Shown: piece by piece, positions 39,015 to 50,573 of the stretch
Position numbering within the stretch: position 1 is the stretch's first letter
Layout of the letters: every line of letters starts with the position of its first letter
Source of the DNA: Dehalococcoidales bacterium
Lineage (GTDB): Bacteria > Chloroflexota > Dehalococcoidia > Dehalococcoidales > RBG-16-60-22
NCBI GenBank assembly: GCA_034430375.1
Contig: DAOUER010000075.1
Location: forward strand, 2,027-66,026
Reading direction: 5' to 3'
DNA length: 64,000 bases
Notes under the pieces: model-generated
Told to the model about the DNA's origin: nothing
The model's input: only the letters and a program-made list of their open reading frames with translations
Databases searched by the model: none
Program-made: the position numbers and the translations under genes

Positions 39015-39842
39015 ATGCCGTTAAAGAAATACAATCCAACTTCACCCGGTCGACGGGGGATGAGCGGTTATACCTTTGAGGAGATAACCAAGGATAAACC
39101 GGAAAAATCCCTGCTTCTGCCCTTAAAAAAGAAAGCCGGGCGGAATAACCGGGGCAAGATTACCGTACGTCACCGCGGCGGCGGCGCCAAGCGGCGTTTA
39201 CGCATTATCGATTTCAAGCGGGACAAGTTGGACGTCCCCGGCAGGGTAGCCGCCATAGAGTACGACCCCAACCGGTCGGCGCGTATTGCCTTGATCTTCT
39301 ACGTCGACGGAGAAAAGAGATATATCCTGGCGCCGGTGGGCCTGAACGTGGGAGATACGGTTATGTCCGGACCCAAAGCCGAAATGAAACCGGGCAATGC
39401 CATGCCCCTGTCGCAGATGCCTACCGGTACCCAGATACATAATATCGAACTGCAGAAAGGCCGCGGCGGCAAGATAGTCCGCAGCGCCGGAGCCTCGGCT
39501 CAGCTGATGATTAAGGAGGGTGAATACGCCCTGATACGGCTGCCTTCCGGAGAAATCCGACGGGTACGCAGCGAATGCATGGCGACCATCGGGCAGATCG
39601 GCAATGTCGAACACCAGAATATCAACCTCGGCAAAGCCGGACGTAAGCGCCACATGGGCTGGCGACCGACGGTAAGGGGTTCGGCGATGAGTCCGCGGGA
39701 CCATCCGCACGGCGGCGGCGAAGGGAGATCGCCGGTGGGTATGCCCGGCCCGAAAACCCCCTGGGGCAAGCCGGCCATGGGCTACAAGACCCGGAAGCCC
39801 CAGGCTTCCGACCGGATGATTGTGAAACGCCGAGGTAAGTAG
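39015..39842 (+). CDS. rplB: 50S ribosomal protein uL2
   Basis: [15 protein letters not shown]... uL2 family. Confidence 0.97.
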   Translation: MPLKKYNPTSPGRRGMSGYTFEEITKDKPEKSLLLPLKKKAGRNNRGKITVRHRGGGAKRRLRIIDFKRDKLDVPGRVAAIEYDPNRSARIALIFYVDGEKRYILAPVGLNVGDTVMSGPKAEMKPGNAMPLSQMPTGTQIHNIELQKGRGGKIVRSAGASAQLMIKEGEYALIRLPSGEIRRVRSECMATIGQIGNVEHQNINLGKAGRKRHMGWRPTVRGSAMSPRDHPHGGGEGRSPVGMPGPKTPWGKPAMGYKTRKPQASDRMIVKRRGK

Positions 39843-39859
39843 GCGGTTAGGGAGATAAT

Positions 39860-40150
39860 ATGTCAAGGTCAACGAAAAAAGGACCGGCAATAAATGAAAA
39901 GTTAATGAAGCACGTGGATGCCGTAATACGCTCCGGTAAAAAGACGGTAATCAAGACCTGGGCCAGGTCTTCAACGATATTACCGCAAATGGTCGGCATG
40001 ACCATCGGGGTGCATGACGGCCGAAGGCATGTACCTATCTACGTCAATGAGAATATGGTAGGTCACAAACTGGGAGAATTCGCTCCTACGCGAACATACC
40101 GGGGGCATGTATCCCGATCCGAGAAAGTCACTCAGGTAAGGAAGAGATAA
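39860..40150 (+). CDS. rpsS: 30S ribosomal protein uS19
   Basis: MSRSTKKGP... uS19 family. Confidence 0.97.
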   Translation: MSRSTKKGPAINEKLMKHVDAVIRSGKKTVIKTWARSSTILPQMVGMTIGVHDGRRHVPIYVNENMVGHKLGEFAPTRTYRGHVSRSEKVTQVRKR

Positions 40151-40172
40151 AACCCGAAAAGGTGCAGGAAAA

Positions 40173-40508
40173 GTGGAAGTAAAAGCTACAGCTAAAGACA
40201 CGGGTATTCCGGCCAGCAAGGTACGACCGCTGGTGGACCTGGTGCGCGGGAAAAAGGTGGACGAAGCCCTGACGATTCTAAAGTTCACACCCACGCCGAA
40301 GGCTTTAATAGTATCCAAGGTGGTACAATCAGCGGTATCCAACGCCGAGAATAACTTCCAGATTGATCCCGCCGACCTTAAGATAGTGAAAATCTATGCC
40401 GATGAGGCCCGGGGCTTGCGGAGATTCCGGCCGCGTTCGCGGGGACGCTCCAGCCCGATACGCAAGAATTCCAGCCATATCACCGTCATCGTTGCGGAGG
40501 AGGTATAA
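40173..40508 (+). CDS. rplV: 50S ribosomal protein uL22
   Basis: uL22 family. GTG start. Confidence 0.95.
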   Translation: MEVKATAKDTGIPASKVRPLVDLVRGKKVDEALTILKFTPTPKALIVSKVVQSAVSNAENNFQIDPADLKIVKIYADEARGLRRFRPRSRGRSSPIRKNSSHITVIVAEEV

Positions 40509-41741
40509 TTGGGTCATAAAGTACACCCGACCGGTTTTAGACTGGGGGTAATCAAGGACTGGCAGTCCAAGTGGTACAGCGACAGTCAATATGAAGAGTT
40601 CATATTAGAGGATGTTAAGCTCCGGAATACGATAAAGAAGAAATACCCGGAAGCGGCCATTTCTTTAATCGAGATAGACCGGCAGGCTAAAGATGTTACC
40701 ATCACCCTGCATACCGCCCGACCGGGCATAGTTATCGGGAGGGGCGGCCAGCGGGTCGACGAGATGAGGCATTACCTCGAAGGTCTTATCAGCAAAAAGA
40801 TAAGATTAAATATTCTCGAGGTACGCCAGCCGGAAATGGACGCCTACCTGGTAGCTCGCTCCGTGGCGGAGCAAATCGAACGCCGCATCGCCTACCGGCG
40901 CGCCATGAAACAGGCCATTTTCCGTACCATCCAGGCCGGCGCTCAGGGAATCAAGATAAGTTGTGCCGGCCGCCTCGGCAACGCCGAAATAGCCCGCCGG
41001 CAGACCTCTCACGAGGGCCGGGTACCCCTGCATACCCTGAGAGCGGATATAGATTACGGTTTCACCGAAGCGCATACCACCCTGGGACGCATCGGTGTCA
41101 AGGTCTGGATATATAAAGGACAGATTTTACCCGAACCAAAAGTAACCGAAGTTGAAGAAGAACAACCTACCGAAGCGGTCGCTGAGACACCGGAAACAGC
41201 CCCGGCGGCGGAAGCGGTAGAAGAGAAAGCAGCCGAAAAGCCAGCCGAAGCAGTGGCTGAGGTAGCCGAACCAGCTCCGGTAGGAGAAGCAGCCAAAAAG
41301 ACGGCCGAAACAGTGGCTGAGGTAGCCGAACCAGCTCCGGCTAAAGCGGAAAGGAAGCCGGTTAAAGCCAAGGCAAAAAAGACGACAACGGCTGCGGCAG
41401 AAGAGCCGACCGAAGCGGTGGCCGAAGCACCCGAACCGGTTCCGGTGGAAGAAATTAAAGAAGAACCGGCCGAAGCGGAAAAGAAGCCGGCTAAAGCTAA
41501 GGCAAAAAAAACCGCTACTACGACCGCAAAGAAAACGAAGAAAACCACCACCAAGGCAACGACTAAAAAGAAAGAAGTAAAAGCCGAAGCGACGGTGGAT
41601 GTAAAAGAAGAAAAGAAGCCGGCGGCGAAAAAGACCCGGAAAACCGCCAAAGCCAAGAAAGCCGAGGCGGAGCCGGACGTAACCGCGACAGCGGAGCCGG
41701 CGGCGGATACCCGGGAAGAGGAAAAGGATGCAACAACCTAA
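40509..41741 (+). CDS. rpsC: 30S ribosomal protein uS3 with a roughly 200 aa Ala/Glu/Lys/Pro/Thr-rich C-terminal extension
   Basis: Canonical uS3 (KH + C-terminal domain) in aa 1-210. A repetitive tail follows, to aa 410. TTG start. Confidence 0.93.
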   Translation: MGHKVHPTGFRLGVIKDWQSKWYSDSQYEEFILEDVKLRNTIKKKYPEAAISLIEIDRQAKDVTITLHTARPGIVIGRGGQRVDEMRHYLEGLISKKIRLNILEVRQPEMDAYLVARSVAEQIERRIAYRRAMKQAIFRTIQAGAQGIKISCAGRLGNAEIARRQTSHEGRVPLHTLRADIDYGFTEAHTTLGRIGVKVWIYKGQILPEPKVTEVEEEQPTEAVAETPETAPAAEAVEEKAAEKPAEAVAEVAEPAPVGEAAKKTAETVAEVAEPAPAKAERKPVKAKAKKTTTAAAEEPTEAVAEAPEPVPVEEIKEEPAEAEKKPAKAKAKKTATTTAKKTKKTTTKATTKKKEVKAEATVDVKEEKKPAAKKTRKTAKAKKAEAEPDVTATAEPAADTREEEKDATT

Positions 41742-42162
41742 ACGAGTTAAATACCGTAAAGCCCAGCGCGGCCATCGCCGCGGTAAAGCGAATTCTGGCA
41801 ACATTATCAACTTCGGTGATTACGGCATGCAGATAATGGAATCCGCCTGGCTTACCGGCGCTCAGATAGAAGCGGCGCGGCGTGCCATTACCCGTTATAT
41901 ACGCCGCGGCGGCAAGGTCTGGATACGGGCTTTTCCGGATAAACCGGTCAGTAAAAAAGCCGCCGAGACCCGTATGGGCAGCGGTAAAGGCGCCCCGGAC
42001 CACTGGGTAGCCGTGGTAAAAGCCGGCCGGATATTGTTCGAGATGGCGGGAGTCGGTGAAGACACCGCCCGGGAAGCCATCCGCCTGGCATCGCACAAGC
42101 TGCCGGTAAAATCGAAATTCATCGTCAGGGAAACCCTGGCGGCGATGGGCAGCGAATCATAG
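41728..42162 (+). CDS. rplP: 50S ribosomal protein uL16
   Basis: [15 protein letters not shown]... uL16 family. Confidence 0.97.
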   Translation: MQQPKRVKYRKAQRGHRRGKANSGNIINFGDYGMQIMESAWLTGAQIEAARRAITRYIRRGGKVWIRAFPDKPVSKKAAETRMGSGKGAPDHWVAVVKAGRILFEMAGVGEDTAREAIRLASHKLPVKSKFIVRETLAAMGSES

Positions 42163-42180
42163 GAGCAGGGAGCCAGTAAG

Positions 42181-42378
42181 GTGAAACTTAAAGAATTCAG
42201 AGACATGAACACGGACGACCTGAACAAAGAACTGGAGGAATCACACCAGGAGCTGTTCAACCTCCGTTTCCGAGTGGCCACCAAGCAGCTGGTAAATCAC
42301 CGCGAATTACGGCGGGTGAAGAGAAAAATAGCCCGACTGAAAACCCTGCTTACCGAGAGGGAACTGGGGATAAGGTAG
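42181..42378 (+). CDS. rpmC: 50S ribosomal protein uL29
   Basis: uL29 family. GTG start. Confidence 0.95.
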   Translation: MKLKEFRDMNTDDLNKELEESHQELFNLRFRVATKQLVNHRELRRVKRKIARLKTLLTERELGIR

Positions 42379-42388
42379 GTAATAAGGG

Positions 42389-42688
42389 ATGGAGCAAAAA
42401 CGCAAGGTAAAATTCGGCAAAGTTATCAGTGACGCGATGGACAAGACGGTCGTCGTGGCGGTGGATACGCCGCGCCGGCACCGGCTGTATAAAAAGAACA
42501 TCAGGAGAGCTGTTAAATATAAGGTTCATGACGAGAAAAACCAGAGTAAAACCGGGGATACGGTAAGAATCGAAGAAACCCGGCCTCTTTCCAAGGAAAA
42601 ACGATGGCGGGTCGCCGAGATAGTCACCAAGGGTGAAGTTGCCGATATCAAACCCGAGGAAATAACGACGGAAATAGCGGTAGATTAA
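42389..42688 (+). CDS. rpsQ: 30S ribosomal protein uS17
   Basis: uS17 family ([14 protein letters not shown]...). Confidence 0.96.
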   Translation: MEQKRKVKFGKVISDAMDKTVVVAVDTPRRHRLYKKNIRRAVKYKVHDEKNQSKTGDTVRIEETRPLSKEKRWRVAEIVTKGEVADIKPEEITTEIAVD

Positions 42689-42689
42689 A

Positions 42690-43058
42690 ATGATTCAGAT
42701 GCAGTCCAGACTAAAAATAGCGGATAACACCGGTGCCCGGGAAATAATGTGCATCAACGTCCTCGGGGGCACCCGTAAGAAATATGCCCGTGTGGGAGAT
42801 GTAATTGTAGCTTCGGTGAAACGGGCCATACCGAATGCCGGCACCAAGAAAGGCGAAGTCGTCCGCGCCGTGATAATCCGCACGGCCCAGCCCTACCGCC
42901 GGCCGGACGGTTCATATATAAAATTCGATGAAAATGCGGCGGTTATTCTCACGGATAAGAATAATCCCAAAGGTACCCGGATTTTCGGTCCGGTAGCCAG
43001 AGAACTGAGAGACAAAAATTACACCAAGATAATCTCTCTGGCGCCGGAGGTTTTATAA
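42690..43058 (+). CDS. rplN: 50S ribosomal protein uL14
   Basis: [16 protein letters not shown]... uL14. Confidence 0.97.
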   Translation: MIQMQSRLKIADNTGAREIMCINVLGGTRKKYARVGDVIVASVKRAIPNAGTKKGEVVRAVIIRTAQPYRRPDGSYIKFDENAAVILTDKNNPKGTRIFGPVARELRDKNYTKIISLAPEVL

Positions 43059-43070
43059 GGTTTAGATGCG

Positions 43071-43382
43071 ATGAAAATAAAGAAAGACGATAACGTAGTG
43101 GTAGTTGCCGGCAAGGATAAGGGTAAAAAGGGGAAAGTACGCTTTGCTTACCCCAAAAAGAACCTGGTTATCATTGAAGGCATCAACTTTATTAAGAAGC
43201 ATTCTAAAGCCCGGGGAGCCGTGAAACAGGCCGGGATTATCGACCTGGAAGCGCCGGTGCACATATCAAATATCATGCTGGTTTGCAATAAATGCGATAA
43301 ACCCAGCCGCATCGGGTATAAAAAATTGGATGACGGCCGCAGCGTCCGCGTCTGCCGGACCTGCAGCGAGGTGATTGATTAA
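43071..43382 (+). CDS. rplX: 50S ribosomal protein uL24
   Basis: KIKKDDNVVVVAGKDKGKKG KOW motif. Confidence 0.96.
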   Translation: MKIKKDDNVVVVAGKDKGKKGKVRFAYPKKNLVIIEGINFIKKHSKARGAVKQAGIIDLEAPVHISNIMLVCNKCDKPSRIGYKKLDDGRSVRVCRTCSEVID

Positions 43383-43934
43383 ATGGCAAGATTGAAAGAG
43401 AGATACCGTGAAGAGGTTATCCCCCGCCTGATGGAACTTTGCAGCTTCAATAATGTTATGCAGGCGCCTCGCCTGGAAAAAGTAGTACTGAATATCGGGA
43501 TGGGGGAGGCTATCAGCAATGCAAAAGCACTGGAGTCCGCCGAGGGAGATCTGGTGGCTATTGCCGGGCAGCATGCCGTTACCACGCGGTCGAAAAAATC
43601 GATAGCCGCGTTCAAGCTGAGGACCGGCATGCCCATCGGCCTGACGGTAACCCTGCGCGGTAAGAGGATGTACGAGTTTTTTGATAAACTGGTCAACTCC
43701 GTATTACCCCGCATGCAGGACTTCGCCGGGGTCTCACCGGACTCTTTCGACGGGCGGGGCAATTATACCCTGGGACTGAGAGAACAAATAGTCTTCCCGG
43801 AGATAGACTATGACAAGATAGATAAAGTACGCGGCATGGAAATCACTATTGTAACCACCGCGAAAACAGATGAGGACGGCAGACACCTGCTGGAATTGCT
43901 GGGAATGCCCTTTGCCAAGGATGGAGAAAACTAA
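43383..43934 (+). CDS. rplE: 50S ribosomal protein uL5
   Basis: uL5 family ([12 protein letters not shown]...). Confidence 0.97.
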   Translation: MARLKERYREEVIPRLMELCSFNNVMQAPRLEKVVLNIGMGEAISNAKALESAEGDLVAIAGQHAVTTRSKKSIAAFKLRTGMPIGLTVTLRGKRMYEFFDKLVNSVLPRMQDFAGVSPDSFDGRGNYTLGLREQIVFPEIDYDKIDKVRGMEITIVTTAKTDEDGRHLLELLGMPFAKDGEN

Positions 43935-43936
43935 TT

Positions 43937-44122
43937 ATGGCTAAAAAGTCGATGATAGCTAAATCCAAGCTTTCGCCCAAATACTCCACGAGGAAGTATA
44001 ACCGCTGCCAGTTGTGCGGACGACCCCGCGCTTATATCAGGAAATTCGGGATATGCCGGATATGTTTCCGTGGACTGGCCCTGAACGCACAGCTTCCGGG
44101 AGTAAGGAAATCAAGCTGGTAA
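43937..44122 (+). CDS. rpsN: 30S ribosomal protein uS14, zinc-binding type Z (61 aa)
   Basis: CxxC...CxxC (CQLCGRP...CRICFR). Confidence 0.96.
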   Translation: MAKKSMIAKSKLSPKYSTRKYNRCQLCGRPRAYIRKFGICRICFRGLALNAQLPGVRKSSW

Positions 44123-44144
44123 TATATAAAAGGAAATTACAGGT

Positions 44145-44543
44145 ATGACAGTAACAGATCCAATAGCCGATATGTTGACCAGAATAAGAAATGCCCTGAT
44201 GGCCCGGCATGATAATGTCAAGATACCTGCCTCAAAGATGAAGCTGTCCATCGCTCGGATTCTCAAGGAGGAAGGCTTTATCACCGATTACGAGGTAATC
44301 AAGGGCAAGCCGCACCGGGATATCAGCATCCGGCTGAGATACATGGAGGATAATAAGCCGGCCATTGCCGGACTGAAACGCGTCAGCAAACCGGGATTAA
44401 GGGTATACACCCAGAAGCGGGAAATCCCGCGGGTATACGGCGGGCTGGGTATTGCTATTGTCTCCACGTCTCAGGGTGTGAGAACCGGAAAGCAGGCCTG
44501 GCAGCAGGGTTCCGGCGGAGAAATTCTGTGTTACGTATGGTAA
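44145..44543 (+). CDS. rpsH: 30S ribosomal protein uS8
   Basis: [13 protein letters not shown]... uS8. Confidence 0.97.
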   Translation: MTVTDPIADMLTRIRNALMARHDNVKIPASKMKLSIARILKEEGFITDYEVIKGKPHRDISIRLRYMEDNKPAIAGLKRVSKPGLRVYTQKREIPRVYGGLGIAIVSTSQGVRTGKQAWQQGSGGEILCYVW

Positions 44544-44561
44544 TTATCCAGGGAGATATTG

Positions 44562-45110
44562 ATGTCTAGAATAGGTAAAATGCCGATAACAATACCCTCC
44601 GGGGTAAAGGTAAATATCGACGGAAGTAAGGTCACGGTAACCGGGCCCAAAGGCGAACTGAGTCGTTCGCTCCCGGAAGAGATGAATATCAACATGGAAG
44701 GCGATATTATCGAGGTGACCCGTCCCAGTGACAGCACCCGGCACCGCTCTTTTCACGGGTTAACGAGGAGTCTCCTGGCCAACATGGTAGAGGGAGTATC
44801 CAAGGGATTTGAAAAGACACTGGAGATAGTCGGGGTCGGTTATCGTGCGGAAAAAACCGGAGATAACCTCACATTACGTATCGGCTTTTCTCACACGGTA
44901 GAAATAGTGCCCTTACCGGGCACGGCACTGGATGTGGAAGGCAATAACAGGATAAAAGTAACCGGCGCTAATAAGGAAGTTGTAGGTGAAATGGCGGCGA
45001 ATATACGTGCCATTCGCCCGCCCGATTCTTATAAAGGCAAGGGAATCAGATATGCTGGTGAAGTAGTACATCTAAAACCGGGTAAAGCCGGTAAAGTGGT
45101 TGGTGGATAG
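44562..45110 (+). CDS. rplF: 50S ribosomal protein uL6
   Basis: [15 protein letters not shown]... The ATG is one codon inside the ORF-track TTG start. Confidence 0.96.
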   Translation: MSRIGKMPITIPSGVKVNIDGSKVTVTGPKGELSRSLPEEMNINMEGDIIEVTRPSDSTRHRSFHGLTRSLLANMVEGVSKGFEKTLEIVGVGYRAEKTGDNLTLRIGFSHTVEIVPLPGTALDVEGNNRIKVTGANKEVVGEMAANIRAIRPPDSYKGKGIRYAGEVVHLKPGKAGKVVGG

Positions 45111-45115
45111 ACAAA

Positions 45116-45481
45116 ATGGGTAAGATAAACACGAGAGAAGCACGCTACCGACGGCACCGCCGTGTCCGGCAGAAGGTATCCGGGACGGAGGAAAGACCGC
45201 GACTCTGCGTTTTCCGGAGTCTGAACCATATCTACGCCCAGATTATCAACGATACCCAGAGTCACACGCTGGTGGCGGCATCAAGCCTGGATGCCGAGAT
45301 AGCCGGAAACGGTAAAGGGAAAACCAAGACCGATAAAGCCGGACTGGTGGGTACGCTGCTGGCCAAGAGAGCCAAAGATAAAAAGATAAAACAGGTAGCC
45401 TTCGACCGCAACGGCTGTAAATACCACGGTCGTATCAAGGCGCTGGCCGAAGCAGCCCGGGAGGGCGGTTTGAAGTTTTAA
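45116..45481 (+). CDS. rplR: 50S ribosomal protein uL18
   Basis: uL18 family ([14 protein letters not shown]...). Confidence 0.96.
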   Translation: MGKINTREARYRRHRRVRQKVSGTEERPRLCVFRSLNHIYAQIINDTQSHTLVAASSLDAEIAGNGKGKTKTDKAGLVGTLLAKRAKDKKIKQVAFDRNGCKYHGRIKALAEAAREGGLKF

Positions 45482-45500
45482 TGGGGGATTTAAACGTCTC

Positions 45501-46025
45501 ATGAAGCAGCCTTTAAGTCAAATAGATGAAACCGAACTGAATCTGAACGATAAGTTAATCGACGTTAACCGCGTCGCCAAGGTAATGAAAGGCGGTAAGC
45601 GCCTGCGTTTCAGCGCCCTGGTGGTAACCGGCGACGGTGAAGGTCATGTAGGATTGGGCATCGGCAAGGCGAATGAAGTCCCCACGGCGATAAATAAAGG
45701 CGGCGCCAAGGCCAGGAAGAGCCTGATTAAAGTCCCGCTGGCCGGGCACACCATCCCCCACGAGATTACCGTCAACTTCGGGGCGGCCCGAGTCCTGCTG
45801 AAACCGGCGGCGCCCGGCACGGGCGTCATCGCCGGCGGCAGCGTCCGGGCAGTACTGGAAGCAGCCGGGGTACAGGATATCCTGACTAAATCGCTGGGTA
45901 CGGCCAATCACATCAACGTGGCCAGGGCAACCATGAGAGCCCTGAGCGAGCTGAGAAATCCCGAGGAAGTACTGGCCAAGCGCAAGGCTGGAGTAAACGC
46001 CGAGGAGGCGCCGGCCGGTGAGTAA
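45501..46025 (+). CDS. rpsE: 30S ribosomal protein uS5
   Basis: uS5 family ([16 protein letters not shown]...). Confidence 0.97.
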   Translation: MKQPLSQIDETELNLNDKLIDVNRVAKVMKGGKRLRFSALVVTGDGEGHVGLGIGKANEVPTAINKGGAKARKSLIKVPLAGHTIPHEITVNFGAARVLLKPAAPGTGVIAGGSVRAVLEAAGVQDILTKSLGTANHINVARATMRALSELRNPEEVLAKRKAGVNAEEAPAGE

Positions 46026-46212
46026 GATCAGGGTTACATGGGTCAAGAGCGGTATCGGCTACGAAAGAAGGCAGAAAAGAACCCTGGCAGCGCTCGGTTT
46101 TCACCGATTAAACCAGAGCGTCGTTCATGAAGATACCAATTCGATTAGAGGCATGATCAATAAAGTAAGACACCTGGTAAAAGTGGAGGAAGAGATTGGT
46201 CAGACAAAATAG
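46018..46212 (+). CDS. rpmD: 50S ribosomal protein uL30
   Basis: [12 protein letters not shown]... uL30. Confidence 0.93.
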   Translation: MSKIRVTWVKSGIGYERRQKRTLAALGFHRLNQSVVHEDTNSIRGMINKVRHLVKVEEEIGQTK

Positions 46213-46660
46213 TATCGCGCCGGCACCCGGCTCCCGGAAGAACCGAAAACGCGTGGGACGCGGTGATGGCAGCGGCAAAGGTACTTATTCCGGGCGTGGT
46301 TCCAAGGGACAGAAATCACGCGCCGGATATAAGATGCGGCCCGGCTTTGAAGGCGGGCAGCTGCCGCTAATTAAACGTCTGCCCGAGAAGCGCGGTTTTA
46401 CCAATATTTTTAGAGTTGAATATAACACCGTAAGTGTGGAAAAGCTAAGCAAGTTTGAATCCGGCAGCGAAGTAACACCGGAGAAACTGGTGGAAGCGGG
46501 ACTGGTAAAATCCCTGCGGAAACCGGTAAAAATCCTGGCTGACGGAGAAATCAAACATCCACTTACAGTTAAAGCGCATAAGTTTTCAGCTTCGGCGAAA
46601 GTAAAAATAGAAGCCGCCGGCGGCAAGGTTGAGGAGGTAGAATATGCGTCAAAGGCCTAG
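46196..46660 (+). CDS. rplO: 50S ribosomal protein uL15
   Basis: ...[19 protein letters not shown]... TTG start. Confidence 0.95.
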   Translation: MVRQNSIAPAPGSRKNRKRVGRGDGSGKGTYSGRGSKGQKSRAGYKMRPGFEGGQLPLIKRLPEKRGFTNIFRVEYNTVSVEKLSKFESGSEVTPEKLVEAGLVKSLRKPVKILADGEIKHPLTVKAHKFSASAKVKIEAAGGKVEEVEYASKA

Positions 46661-46682
46661 TAGGCCGAGACTCCTGCAGGCA

Positions 46683-47963
46683 ATGATTGACGCATTCAGC
46701 CTGCCTGACCTGCGACGCCGCATCCTGATTACCGTCGGCATCCTAGTCATATTTCGTTTTATCTCTCACGTTCCCTTGCCGGGAGTAAACCCTGATGCTC
46801 TCAAGAAGCTATTCGATAGCAACGCCCTGCTCGGTATGCTTAACCTGTTCAGCGGCGGCGCCATGAAACAGTTCAGCGTGGCGTCGATGGGAGTCTACCC
46901 CTATATCACCGCATCGATTATCATGATACTGCTGGTGCCGGTGATACCCCGCCTGCAGGCGCTCTCCCAGGAAGGCGAATCCGGCCAGAGTAAGATAAAC
47001 CTGATAACCCACTGGCTGATGGTCCCGCTGGCCGGTCTTTCCGGCTATGGCCAACTGGTCTTATTGCAGCGCGCCGGAGCCGTTGATGCCAGTGCGACGA
47101 TGCTGACGGTAACGATAGTGATATCGCTGATGGCCGGAACGGTTTTCCTGGTCTGGCTCGGCGAACTCATCACCGAGTACGGAATCGGCAACGGCATATC
47201 CATCATTATTTTCGGGGGAATTGTCGCCGGCTATCCGCAGCTTATCCAGCAGGGTTACGTCGCCGGAACAAGCGGCGAAGGCTGGAGCGGACTGATTGCC
47301 TACCTGGTCATCGTGCTGATAACCATCGTCCTGATAGTAATATTTACGGAGGCGCACCGCAGGATTCCGGTGCAGTACGCCCGGAGTGTCTTCCGGGGCG
47401 GACGCATGTACAAGCAGTCCGGGACCACACATATACCGATGAGGGTAAACAGCGCCGGCATGATTCCGCTTATCTTCGCCATGTCGATGGTGCTCTTTCC
47501 GGGAGTCGTGGCCAGCTACTTCGTAGGCAACGCAACATCGGGATTCTGGTTTACCATCCAGCAACTGTTCAGTCCGGGTACCGCACTGCCGCTAGGAGCG
47601 TTTTACTGGGTTCTCTACTTCTTCCTGGCGGTGGGGTTCGCCTTTTTCTACACGATGATAACCTACCAGCAGCAGGACCTACCCGGTACGCTACAGAGAC
47701 AGGGCGGTTTTATACCCGGCATCAGGCCGGGGAAAAACACGGCTACCTATCTCCAGGGGGTTATCAACCGGATAACGTGGGCCGGAGCGCTTTTCCTGGC
47801 CTTCGTGGCGGTAATGCCGTTCCTGGCGAGAACGGTTACCGATGTCCAGCAGATACAGCTATCCAGTCTGGGTATGCTTATCGTGGTGGGCGTGATATTA
47901 GATACTATGAAGCAGCTCGAGGCGCAGCTGGTAATGCGGCGCTACGAGGGCTTTATTAAATAG
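46683..47963 (+). CDS. secY: preprotein translocase subunit SecY
   Basis: 10-TM SecY. Likely start is MIDAFSLPDLRRRIL at 46683; the ORF-track start at 46644 overlaps rplO. Confidence 0.95.
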   Translation: MIDAFSLPDLRRRILITVGILVIFRFISHVPLPGVNPDALKKLFDSNALLGMLNLFSGGAMKQFSVASMGVYPYITASIIMILLVPVIPRLQALSQEGESGQSKINLITHWLMVPLAGLSGYGQLVLLQRAGAVDASATMLTVTIVISLMAGTVFLVWLGELITEYGIGNGISIIIFGGIVAGYPQLIQQGYVAGTSGEGWSGLIAYLVIVLITIVLIVIFTEAHRRIPVQYARSVFRGGRMYKQSGTTHIPMRVNSAGMIPLIFAMSMVLFPGVVASYFVGNATSGFWFTIQQLFSPGTALPLGAFYWVLYFFLAVGFAFFYTMITYQQQDLPGTLQRQGGFIPGIRPGKNTATYLQGVINRITWAGALFLAFVAVMPFLARTVTDVQQIQLSSLGMLIVVGVILDTMKQLEAQLVMRRYEGFIK

Positions 47964-47971
47964 GAGTAAGG

Positions 47972-48613
47972 GTGTATATTATACTTCTGGGAGCGCCCGG
48001 TGCCGGTAAAGGCACCCAGGCCGTGATGCTGGCGGAAAAGCTTGAACTGGTGCAGGTAGCCTCCGGCGACCTGTTTCGGCAGGCTTTAAGGGATGAAACG
48101 GAGCTTGGCCTGAAAGCCAAAGCGTATATGGACAAGGGGCAGCTGGTCCCTGATGAGATTACTATACAGATGGTGCTGGAAAGGCTGGCGGCTCCAGATT
48201 GTCAAGACGGGGCAATCCTCGATGGCTTTCCCCGGAATTTATCACAGGCGGAAGCCCTGGATAAGGAACTGGAAAAACAGTCCAAGATGATTGGTAAAGT
48301 GGTCTATATCGCGGTATCGGAAGGTGAACTGATGAAGCGACTCGGCGGACGCTGGATTTGCCGGAACTGCCAGGCGCCCTACCACAGCACCGATTCACCG
48401 CCGAAAGTCGCCGGTAAGTGTGACCGCTGCGGTGGAGAGCTTTACCAGCGTGACGACGATAATGAAGAAACGATAAAGAAACGACTTAAGGTTTATTTTG
48501 CGGAGACAGCCCCATTAATCGACTACTATAACCGGTCCGGCAAACTGCTGGAAATCAACGGTGAAGGTAACGCAGCCGAGGTAAACCAGAGGATAGTAGC
48601 CGTTCTACTTTAG
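47972..48613 (+). CDS. adk: adenylate kinase (zinc-lid type)
   Basis: GAPGAGKGTQ P-loop. Lid is CRNC...CDRCG. GTG start. Confidence 0.96.
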   Translation: MYIILLGAPGAGKGTQAVMLAEKLELVQVASGDLFRQALRDETELGLKAKAYMDKGQLVPDEITIQMVLERLAAPDCQDGAILDGFPRNLSQAEALDKELEKQSKMIGKVVYIAVSEGELMKRLGGRWICRNCQAPYHSTDSPPKVAGKCDRCGGELYQRDDDNEETIKKRLKVYFAETAPLIDYYNRSGKLLEINGEGNAAEVNQRIVAVLL

Positions 48614-48629
48614 GGGGATTGTATCCTGC

Positions 48630-49388
48630 ATGGGGATAATAATAAAATCTGATAAGGAAATAGCCATAATGCGGGAGGCTGGCAGGATTGTTGCCGAGGT
48701 ATTAAGGACAGTCAGTCGGCAGGTAAGACCGGGAATTACGACGATGGAACTGGATGCTATAGCAGATAAGGAACTGAAAAAGAGGGGAGCCATATCTTCG
48801 TTCAATGGCTACCGGGGTTTCCCGGCCAACCTCTGCACGTCCGTCAACGACGAGATAGTACACGGAATTCCGGGCGATAGAGTTCTAAATGAAGGTGATA
48901 TAATATCATTAGATTTCGGGGTAATATATGATGGCTTCCAAGGTGACGCCGCATTAACGGTACCAGTCGGTAAGATATCTCCGGAAGCCGTCCGGTTGAT
49001 GGAGGCCACCCGGGAATCGTTAGAAAAGGGTATCGCCGCAGCCAGGCCCGGGGCCACCCTTGGCGATGTATCCTCGGCCATCCAGCGACATGCCGAGGGG
49101 AAGAACTACTCGGTAGTGCGGGAATACACCGGCCATGGGATCGGGCGTGATATGCACGAAGACCCACAAATCCCGAACTACGGCATCCGGGGAACCGGCC
49201 CGGTATTAAAGAAAGGGATGACACTGGCCCTGGAGCCGATGCTGAATATCGGCGGCTCGGGCACCAGAGTAGCTAAAGACCAGTGGACAGTACTGACCGC
49301 CGATGGCAGTATTTCCGCCCATTTTGAACATACCATAGCCATTACAGATAATGAACCGGAGGTGTTAACCAGAGGAACATATGGCTAA
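48630..49388 (+). CDS. map: type I methionine aminopeptidase
   Basis: Pita-bread fold metal ligands (D..D..H..E..E pattern; GHGIG). Confidence 0.96.
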   Translation: MGIIIKSDKEIAIMREAGRIVAEVLRTVSRQVRPGITTMELDAIADKELKKRGAISSFNGYRGFPANLCTSVNDEIVHGIPGDRVLNEGDIISLDFGVIYDGFQGDAALTVPVGKISPEAVRLMEATRESLEKGIAAARPGATLGDVSSAIQRHAEGKNYSVVREYTGHGIGRDMHEDPQIPNYGIRGTGPVLKKGMTLALEPMLNIGGSGTRVAKDQWTVLTADGSISAHFEHTIAITDNEPEVLTRGTYG

Positions 49389-49599
49389 AAAAGAGGCCAT
49401 AGAAGTTGAAGGGACAGTAGTCGAGGCGCTACCCAATGCCATGTTTCGGGTTGAACTCCCCAACGGGCACGAGGTATTAGCCCATATATCGGGGAAAATA
49501 AGGATGCACTACATCAGGGTATTGCCCGGTGATAAGGTGCTGATAGAGCTCTCTCCCTACGACCTTACCCGGGGCAGAATCACCTACCGGTTAAAATAA
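49381..49599 (+). CDS. infA: translation initiation factor IF-1
   Basis: [25 protein letters not shown]... S1-like fold. Confidence 0.97.
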   Translation: MAKKEAIEVEGTVVEALPNAMFRVELPNGHEVLAHISGKIRMHYIRVLPGDKVLIELSPYDLTRGRITYRLK

Positions 49600-49615
49600 G
49601 ACAAAGGTATATAAT

Positions 49616-49729
49616 ATGAAAGTCAGAGCTTCAGTTAAAGTAAGATGTGAAAAGTGCAAGGTAGTGAAGAGACGTGGTGTCGTCAGGATTATCTGCACTA
49701 ACCCGCGTCATAAACAGAGGCAGGGTTAA
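49616..49729 (+). CDS. rpmJ: 50S ribosomal protein bL36 (37 aa)
   Basis: Hand-translated: [37 protein letters not shown]. Below the ORF-track cutoff. Confidence 0.95.
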   Translation: MKVRASVKVRCEKCKVVKRRGVVRIICTNPRHKQRQG

Positions 49730-49753
49730 ATTTTACACATAAGGAGAAGGTAA

Positions 49754-50143
49754 ATGCCACGTGTAGCCGGAGTTGACATACCAGTAAACAAACAGGCCTG
49801 GGTTTCTTTGCAGTATATTTACGGCATCGGTTCTTCTTCAAGCTATAAAATCCTGGAAAAAGCCGAGATAGCGCCGGATACCAAGGTCAAAGACCTTACC
49901 GAGGAAGAAGTAAACCGTCTCCGTGAAATTATTGATAAACAGCACCGGGTCGAAGGAGACCTGCGCAAAGAGATTAATTTCAACGTAAAGCGGCTGATTG
50001 AAATAGGCAGCTATCGCGGCCTGAGGCATCGCTACGGATTACCCGTCAAGGGCCAGCGTACGCGCACCAACGCGCGTACCAAACGGGGCGTACGCAAGAC
50101 GGTCGCCGGCCGGGGTCAGCGACGCGGCATGGCTAAGAAATAA
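49754..50143 (+). CDS. rpsM: 30S ribosomal protein uS13
   Basis: [10 protein letters not shown]... uS13. Confidence 0.97.
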   Translation: MPRVAGVDIPVNKQAWVSLQYIYGIGSSSSYKILEKAEIAPDTKVKDLTEEEVNRLREIIDKQHRVEGDLRKEINFNVKRLIEIGSYRGLRHRYGLPVKGQRTRTNARTKRGVRKTVAGRGQRRGMAKK

Positions 50144-50168
50144 TCAGTGAGGAAATAAGGAGGACAGG

Positions 50169-50561
50169 GTGCCACCAAAAAAGAGAACCAAGTCAAGAAG
50201 GCGGGAGCGAAAGTCGGTTCCCAGCGGCCGGGCTTATATACAGTCTACTTTTAACAACACTGTAGTAACCCTTACCGACCTGCAGGGTAACGCGCTGGCC
50301 TGGGGAAGCTCGGGGACGGCAGGATTTAAAGGCTCCCGTAAAGGCACTCCTTACGCCGCCCAGATGGCAGCCCGTGATGCCGCCCGTAAGGGCATGACGC
50401 ACGGACTGCGGCAGGTGGAGGTATATATAAAGGGACCGGGCAGCGGCCGTGAAGCGGCTATCCGCTCTCTGCAGGGTTCCGGACTATATATCACCGGCAT
50501 CCGGGATGTCACACCGATTCCGCATGCCGGCTGCCGACCTCCAAAAAGAAGACGGGTTTAG
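50169..50561 (+). CDS. rpsK: 30S ribosomal protein uS11
   Basis: uS11 family. GTG start. Confidence 0.96.
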   Translation: MPPKKRTKSRRRERKSVPSGRAYIQSTFNNTVVTLTDLQGNALAWGSSGTAGFKGSRKGTPYAAQMAARDAARKGMTHGLRQVEVYIKGPGSGREAAIRSLQGSGLYITGIRDVTPIPHAGCRPPKRRRV

Positions 50562-50573
50562 AAGGGGAACAAT

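Noticed and set aside
41221-41340. A 60 nt tandem direct repeat that could be mistaken for a mini CRISPR or satellite.
   Set aside because: There are only two adjacent units with no spacers, and they lie in frame inside rpsC coding sequence. It is a coding tandem duplication.
41054-41810. Two roughly 200 aa minus-strand ORFs (Phe/Arg/Gly-rich and Ala/Ser/Val-rich) opposite the uS3 tail.
   Set aside because: They are mirror images of the low-complexity GAA/GCC/AAG repeats of the rpsC extension. They are not independent genes.
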